Source: an uncultured Bacilli bacterium (GTDB lineage Bacteria > Bacillota_I > Bacilli_A > RF39 > UBA660). From it: a stretch of 64,000 nt of DNA. Location: positions 44,353-108,352 of the forward strand of contig CAJTUT010000002.1 in the NCBI GenBank assembly GCA_910579455.1. Reading direction: 5' to 3'. The notes beneath the pieces were generated by a model. That model ran no database searches. It was not told where the DNA came from and was given only the letters and a program-made list of their open reading frames with translations. Shown here piece by piece: positions 60,214 to 64,000 of the stretch (the stretch's first letter is position 1; each line of letters opens with the position of its first letter). Position numbers and translations under genes: made by a program.

Positions 60214-60758
60214 TTATAACGAAAATATATATTTTTCTAACACAGTATAAACTTCCTCCCTTGGAACTAAACTCTTGGTCTTTCTAAGTTGTCTCAATTC
60301 TGATATGGAGCAAAACTTAATTGATTGAACTTCCTCTTCTTGTATTTTAATATTTTCAATTTCTAAATCATTTCTCCTTAAAATAAATAAATCATAAAAT
60401 TGTCTTTCTATAAAATCATCAGCAAACTTCTGTTCTTTTCTAAAGGAATACATATATCTAAAATCTTTAATATCTATATGATACCCTAAGTCGATACTTA
60501 CTTCTTCATTAATTTCACGAGCCGCAGCAGACAAAGCATCTTGACCTGATGCGATATGTCCTGCAACCGAGACATCCCACATATTCGCATTTTTATCTTT
60601 GTTTTTACTCCTCTGTTGCAGTAACACTTCGTTTTTTTCATTAATAATCAAAACAATAATCGACCTATGCCAGTACCCCCCCTATGGATTTCTTTTCTTG
60701 GTAAAACTTTTCCAGTTGACATTCCATTTTCATCTAATACATCAATCATTTCTTCCAT
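60214..60758 (-). pseudogene. NUDIX hydrolase gene interrupted by a frameshift at a G7 homopolymer (C7 on the plus strand at 60676-60682)
   Basis: From ATG 60758 (RBS AAGGAGA) the frame reads MEEMIDVLDENGMSTGKVLPRKEIHRGG and then stops. Adding one G to the run gives ...HRGGYWHRSIIVLIINEKNEVLLQQRS..., which is exactly continuous with the downstream ORF 60214..60651 carrying the Nudix box GHIASGQDALSAAAREINEEVSI. Confidence 0.6.
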
Positions 60759-60770
60759 ATAAAATTCTCC

Positions 60771-62090
60771 TTATGGTTCAATTCTATTAGGGCCTCTAAA
60801 TAAGAATTGGGTTTCTTTAATGTTAGGAAGTCCTAAAAGTAACATCGTAAATCGATCAATTCCAATACCAAATCCACCATGTGGAGGACATCCATATTTG
60901 AAAAACTCTAAATAAAACTCTACATCCTTAGAAAGTCCTTTTTCTTTTGCATTTTTTAATATTTCTTCATATCTATGCTCTCTTTGAGCACCTGTTGTAA
61001 TTTCTACTCCTCTAAATAATAAGTCATACCCTTGTAAAATTCCTTTCTCATCTCTCATATGATAAAAGGCACGTTTTTCTGCTGGATAATTGGTAACAAA
61101 TAAGAATTCATGATGAAATTTGTCTTTTGATAATTTGTAACATAACTTTTCAGCTTCTGTTGTTAAATCATTTTTCTCAGATTCTTCTACATGATAAGAA
61201 TACCTTTCTTCCAGCTCCCTATATACCTCCTCTAAACTCATTACTGGAAAAGGAAGTGTGGGAATAATTAAATCAGAACCAAATAAATCCTTAATTTGAT
61301 CACCCATTTCTTCTTTTACTTTTGAAAATGATTGATGAATCATTTCTGACTCTAACTCCATCACATCCTGAAAACTATCAATATAAGAAAATTCAACATC
61401 AAAACTAGTATATTCAGTAGCATGTCTATTGGTGTTAGAGTTTTCTGCTCGAAAAGCGGGTGCTACTTCAAAAATTTTAGACATTCCACTAGCCATTGCC
61501 ATTTGTTTATAAAACTGAGGCGACTGAGCAAGATAGGCTTTTCTATCAAAATACTTCACTTCAAACACTTCAGAACCTGATTCACTTGCAGCACCTATTA
61601 ACTTTGGAGTATGAATTTCTATAAAATCTTTTTGATAAAGATACTCTCTCATATACTGAACCAACTTATTTTGAATTTGAAAGATTGCTAAGTTTTTATC
61701 ATTTCTTAAATCAATAAAACGATAATCAAGTCTAGTATCTAAATTGACACCTTCTAAATTTTTATAAGTAAAGGGTAGTTCATCTAAACTTTTACTAGTA
61801 ACTTCAATCGATTCTGGTATTAACTCCATCCCATTTAATTTTACTTTAGGAGCCTCCATCAAAACCCCAGAAACTTTTACTGTACTTTCTAGCGGTAGAT
61901 TACTAATTAGTTCTACCATTTCTTTATTTTTCTCCTCTGACTTTTCAATCGTTACTTGAACTTTACCAGTTGAGTCTCTTAATATTACAAACTGTACCCA
62001 CTGTAAATCTCTGATATTATCTACAAATCCACTAAATTCTATTTGTTTTCCATAATATTGATGTAAATCTTTCGCATCTATTTTTTTCAT
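60771..62090 (-). CDS. aspS: aspartate--tRNA ligase, archaeal-type short form (AspRS type 2; asparaginyl alternative not excluded)
   Basis: 439 aa; an N-terminal OB anticodon-binding domain; class II motifs FRAENSNTNRHATEYTSFDVE and GGFGIGIDRFTMLLLG. It lies immediately downstream of hisS, the conserved hisS-aspS operon. Confidence 0.7.
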   Translation of the reverse strand: MKKIDAKDLHQYYGKQIEFSGFVDNIRDLQWVQFVILRDSTGKVQVTIEKSEEKNKEMVELISNLPLESTVKVSGVLMEAPKVKLNGMELIPESIEVTSKSLDELPFTYKNLEGVNLDTRLDYRFIDLRNDKNLAIFQIQNKLVQYMREYLYQKDFIEIHTPKLIGAASESGSEVFEVKYFDRKAYLAQSPQFYKQMAMASGMSKIFEVAPAFRAENSNTNRHATEYTSFDVEFSYIDSFQDVMELESEMIHQSFSKVKEEMGDQIKDLFGSDLIIPTLPFPVMSLEEVYRELEERYSYHVEESEKNDLTTEAEKLCYKLSKDKFHHEFLFVTNYPAEKRAFYHMRDEKGILQGYDLLFRGVEITTGAQREHRYEEILKNAKEKGLSKDVEFYLEFFKYGCPPHGGFGIGIDRFTMLLLGLPNIKETQFLFRGPNRIEP

Positions 62091-62101
62091 CCTATCACCT
62101 C

Positions 62102-63451
62102 TTAATCATCATGACAGTGACAATCTCCACTGCATTCATGATCATTTATAGAACAATCAGAACAACTACAGTCATCTCCCATTTCATCTACTAACTTCTC
62201 ATCTAAATAGTAAATAATGGCATCTAATGAGATTACTTCTTCTTCCTTTGTTTGATTATTTTTAATCTTAATTTCATAATTATTTAAATCTTCCTCGTTT
62301 AAAACAGCAATATATTTAGCTTTTAGTCTATCCGCTTGCTTAAATTGAGCTTTTAAACTACGAGAAGTATACTCTGTATCCACAACAAATCCAGCTAATC
62401 GTAACTCTTGAGATAGATAAGCGGCATATTTTTTTTCATCCTCTGATACATACAACAAGAACAAATCAATATCTTCTTTTATAGGAAGCTCAACATTCTC
62501 TAATTCTAATGCCTTAACAAGACGTCCTATTCCTGATGCAAACCCAATAGCAGGAGTACTTGGTCCACCTAAAGTTTCACAAAGACCATTATAACGTCCT
62601 CCTCCTCCTAATACATTGTTAGAGCCAAATCCTTTGATATCTGCCTCAATTTCAAATACTGTATGATTATAATAGTCAAGACCTCTAACAATTTTTGGAT
62701 CTACTTCATAATCAATTTGTAATAAATCTAAAAATTCACAAACAGAAGAAAACCTTTTCTTGCTTTCCTCGTTTAAATACTCAATAGTAGTTGGTGCCTT
62801 TTTTAAAATTTCATTATTTTGATCTACTTTACAGTCTAGTATTCTTAATGGATTTTTAGAAAAACGCTCTTTACAGTCCTCACAAAAATCATTAATATGA
62901 GGAGAAAAATATTGAATTAATTCCTCCCTATATTTCATTCTTGATTCCTGATCTCCTAAAGAATTTATTTTCACCTTAATTCCTTTTAATCCTAATAACT
63001 TATAAATTTGAACAGCAAGAGAAATTACCTCAGCATCTACCATTGGGTCATCACTACCTAAAACTTCCATACCAAATTGAGTAAGTTCTCTATCCCTTCC
63101 TGATTGCGGTCTCTCATATCGATACATGGTTCCATTATAATAAACCTTAACAGGATTTTGCTCCCCATACATTTTGTTTTCAAGATAGCTTCTAACAACT
63201 CCAGCAGTTCCTTCTGGGCGTAATGTCATTTCCCTTTTTCCACGATCTAGAAAATCATAAGTTTCCTTGGTTACAATATCCGTAGAATCTCCCACTCCTC
63301 TATGAAAAAGTTCAGTAGATTCAAAAAGTGGAGTACGAATATATCCATAGTGATATTTTTCCATTACGGAATCCACAATCTGCTCAACATATTTCCATAC
63401 TTTTGCTTCATGCCCATAAAGATCAATACATCCTTTTGGTTTCGTTATCAT
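62102..63451 (-). CDS. hisS: histidine--tRNA ligase with a Cys/His/Asp-rich C-terminal tail
   Basis: MITKPKGCIDLYGHEAKVWKYVE...RTPLFESTELF, motif 2 MTLRPEGTAGVVRS, the HisA/HisB signature, motif 3 GGGGRYNGL; then a ~25-aa tail GDDCSCSDCSINDHECSGDCHCHDD. Confidence 0.9.
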   Translation of the reverse strand: MITKPKGCIDLYGHEAKVWKYVEQIVDSVMEKYHYGYIRTPLFESTELFHRGVGDSTDIVTKETYDFLDRGKREMTLRPEGTAGVVRSYLENKMYGEQNPVKVYYNGTMYRYERPQSGRDRELTQFGMEVLGSDDPMVDAEVISLAVQIYKLLGLKGIKVKINSLGDQESRMKYREELIQYFSPHINDFCEDCKERFSKNPLRILDCKVDQNNEILKKAPTTIEYLNEESKKRFSSVCEFLDLLQIDYEVDPKIVRGLDYYNHTVFEIEADIKGFGSNNVLGGGGRYNGLCETLGGPSTPAIGFASGIGRLVKALELENVELPIKEDIDLFLLYVSEDEKKYAAYLSQELRLAGFVVDTEYTSRSLKAQFKQADRLKAKYIAVLNEEDLNNYEIKIKNNQTKEEEVISLDAIIYYLDEKLVDEMGDDCSCSDCSINDHECSGDCHCHDD

Positions 63452-63694
63452 AAATTATCCTCCTTATAAATAAAAAAGATAACACTCACTAAGGACAAAA
63501 ATCATTTCATGGTGCTACCTTAATTTATACTTATTATACTGTTAACGTAGTTACACGCTCCTATTTTTGTAAGTTCTTTCAAATTTAACAATTCCATGTT
63601 TTCATCAACTACATTTTCTCTGTTTAATCTATTAAACTTTACTCTTCTTACTAGAAGATAGTACCATTATACAATAAATCATTTAAATAAACAA

Positions 63695-64000
63695 TCAGTT
63701 TTCATGATAAATTTTTTGTTTTACTTTAATATCTCCATCCATTTTTCTTGCTATCATATTAGGTAATTGTTGGTAATCTTCCACAAATGTTGTAAAATCA
63801 TCCTTAGAAAAACAATTGGCTCTTTTAGAAAGAAAGTTATGATAATAATACTCATACTTATCTTTATCATGAGTTTCTAAACCATCAAAATAAAGGGCAA
63901 GCATACCTCCATAGGCATATGCTAAACTTCTAAACAAATCCAAATCATTTGGATAAAATAAATCCTCATCAATTCCTACTATAGTATCTTTTCCTACCAC
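63695..64000 (-). CDS. partial ORF (C-terminal 101 codons; the gene starts beyond the window end)
   Basis: Open to the window edge; no motif recognised. Confidence 0.35.
   Translation of the reverse strand: MVGKDTIVGIDEDLFYPNDLDLFRSLAYAYGGMLALYFDGLETHDKDKYEYYYHNFLSKRANCFSKDDFTTFVEDYQQLPNMIARKMDGDIKVKQKIYHEN

Noticed and set aside
63452-63694. T-box riboswitch leader upstream of hisS
   Set aside because: I looked for the T-box consensus (AATTAGGGTGGTACCGCG), or its complement, on the minus strand. Only a weak GGTGCTACC on the wrong strand is present, and no terminator/antiterminator pair is evident.
1-64000. CRISPR arrays, rRNA genes, transposases, integrases, prophage structural genes
   Set aside because: No regularly spaced direct repeats, no rRNA-like conserved stretches, and no DDE/serine/tyrosine recombinase other than the chromosomal xerC-like gene were found.

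Overview
This is a low-GC (about 28-30% GC), Bacillota-type chromosomal window. It is very AT-rich, uses AGGAGG-type RBSs, and 57 of 58 supported genes lie on the minus strand, which suggests a leading-strand replichore. Most of the window is housekeeping. Identified genes are parE-parC, a BceRS/BceAB-type peptide-antibiotic sensing and resistance module, a second two-component system with an SDR gene, murC, dtd-relA, secDF with a ComN-like gene, xerC, topA, rbgA-rnhB, lepB, rplS, phosphoketolase, rimM-trmD, an archaeal-type proS, and hisS-aspS. The stand-out locus is 6275..16196 on the minus strand. It holds an 8.2 kb gene for a 2724-aa secreted multi-domain protein, a 240-aa membrane-anchored protein, and a 309-aa paralogue. 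Both paralogues begin with the same unusual N-terminus: a conserved, long basic cytoplasmic tail, one TM helix, and a domain that aligns by eye with the TasA/camelysin (CalY, SipW-cognate) biofilm-fibre family. The giant protein adds DUF5011/Ig-like domains, a Big_2 domain, Listeria-Bacteroides (Flg_new) repeats and at least four parallel beta-helix modules, and carries a 331-bp near-identical intragenic direct repeat. This looks like an undescribed TasA-type fibre or adhesin system with a giant subunit. Other notable items follow. A tRNA(CAU) lies next to a small decayed islet holding a class-III-like Fic protein, a multiply frameshifted gene and a tiny hydrophobic peptide ORF. A NUDIX gene is interrupted at a G7 homopolymer. 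An apparent dprA remnant sits between rnhB and topA, and a non-TrmFO gene occupies the trmFO position. An inositol monophosphatase (IMPase) pseudogene is present. HisRS carries a Cys/His-rich C-terminal tail. RNase HII carries a roughly 140-aa N-terminal extension. No CRISPR array, rRNA, transposase or integrase was seen.
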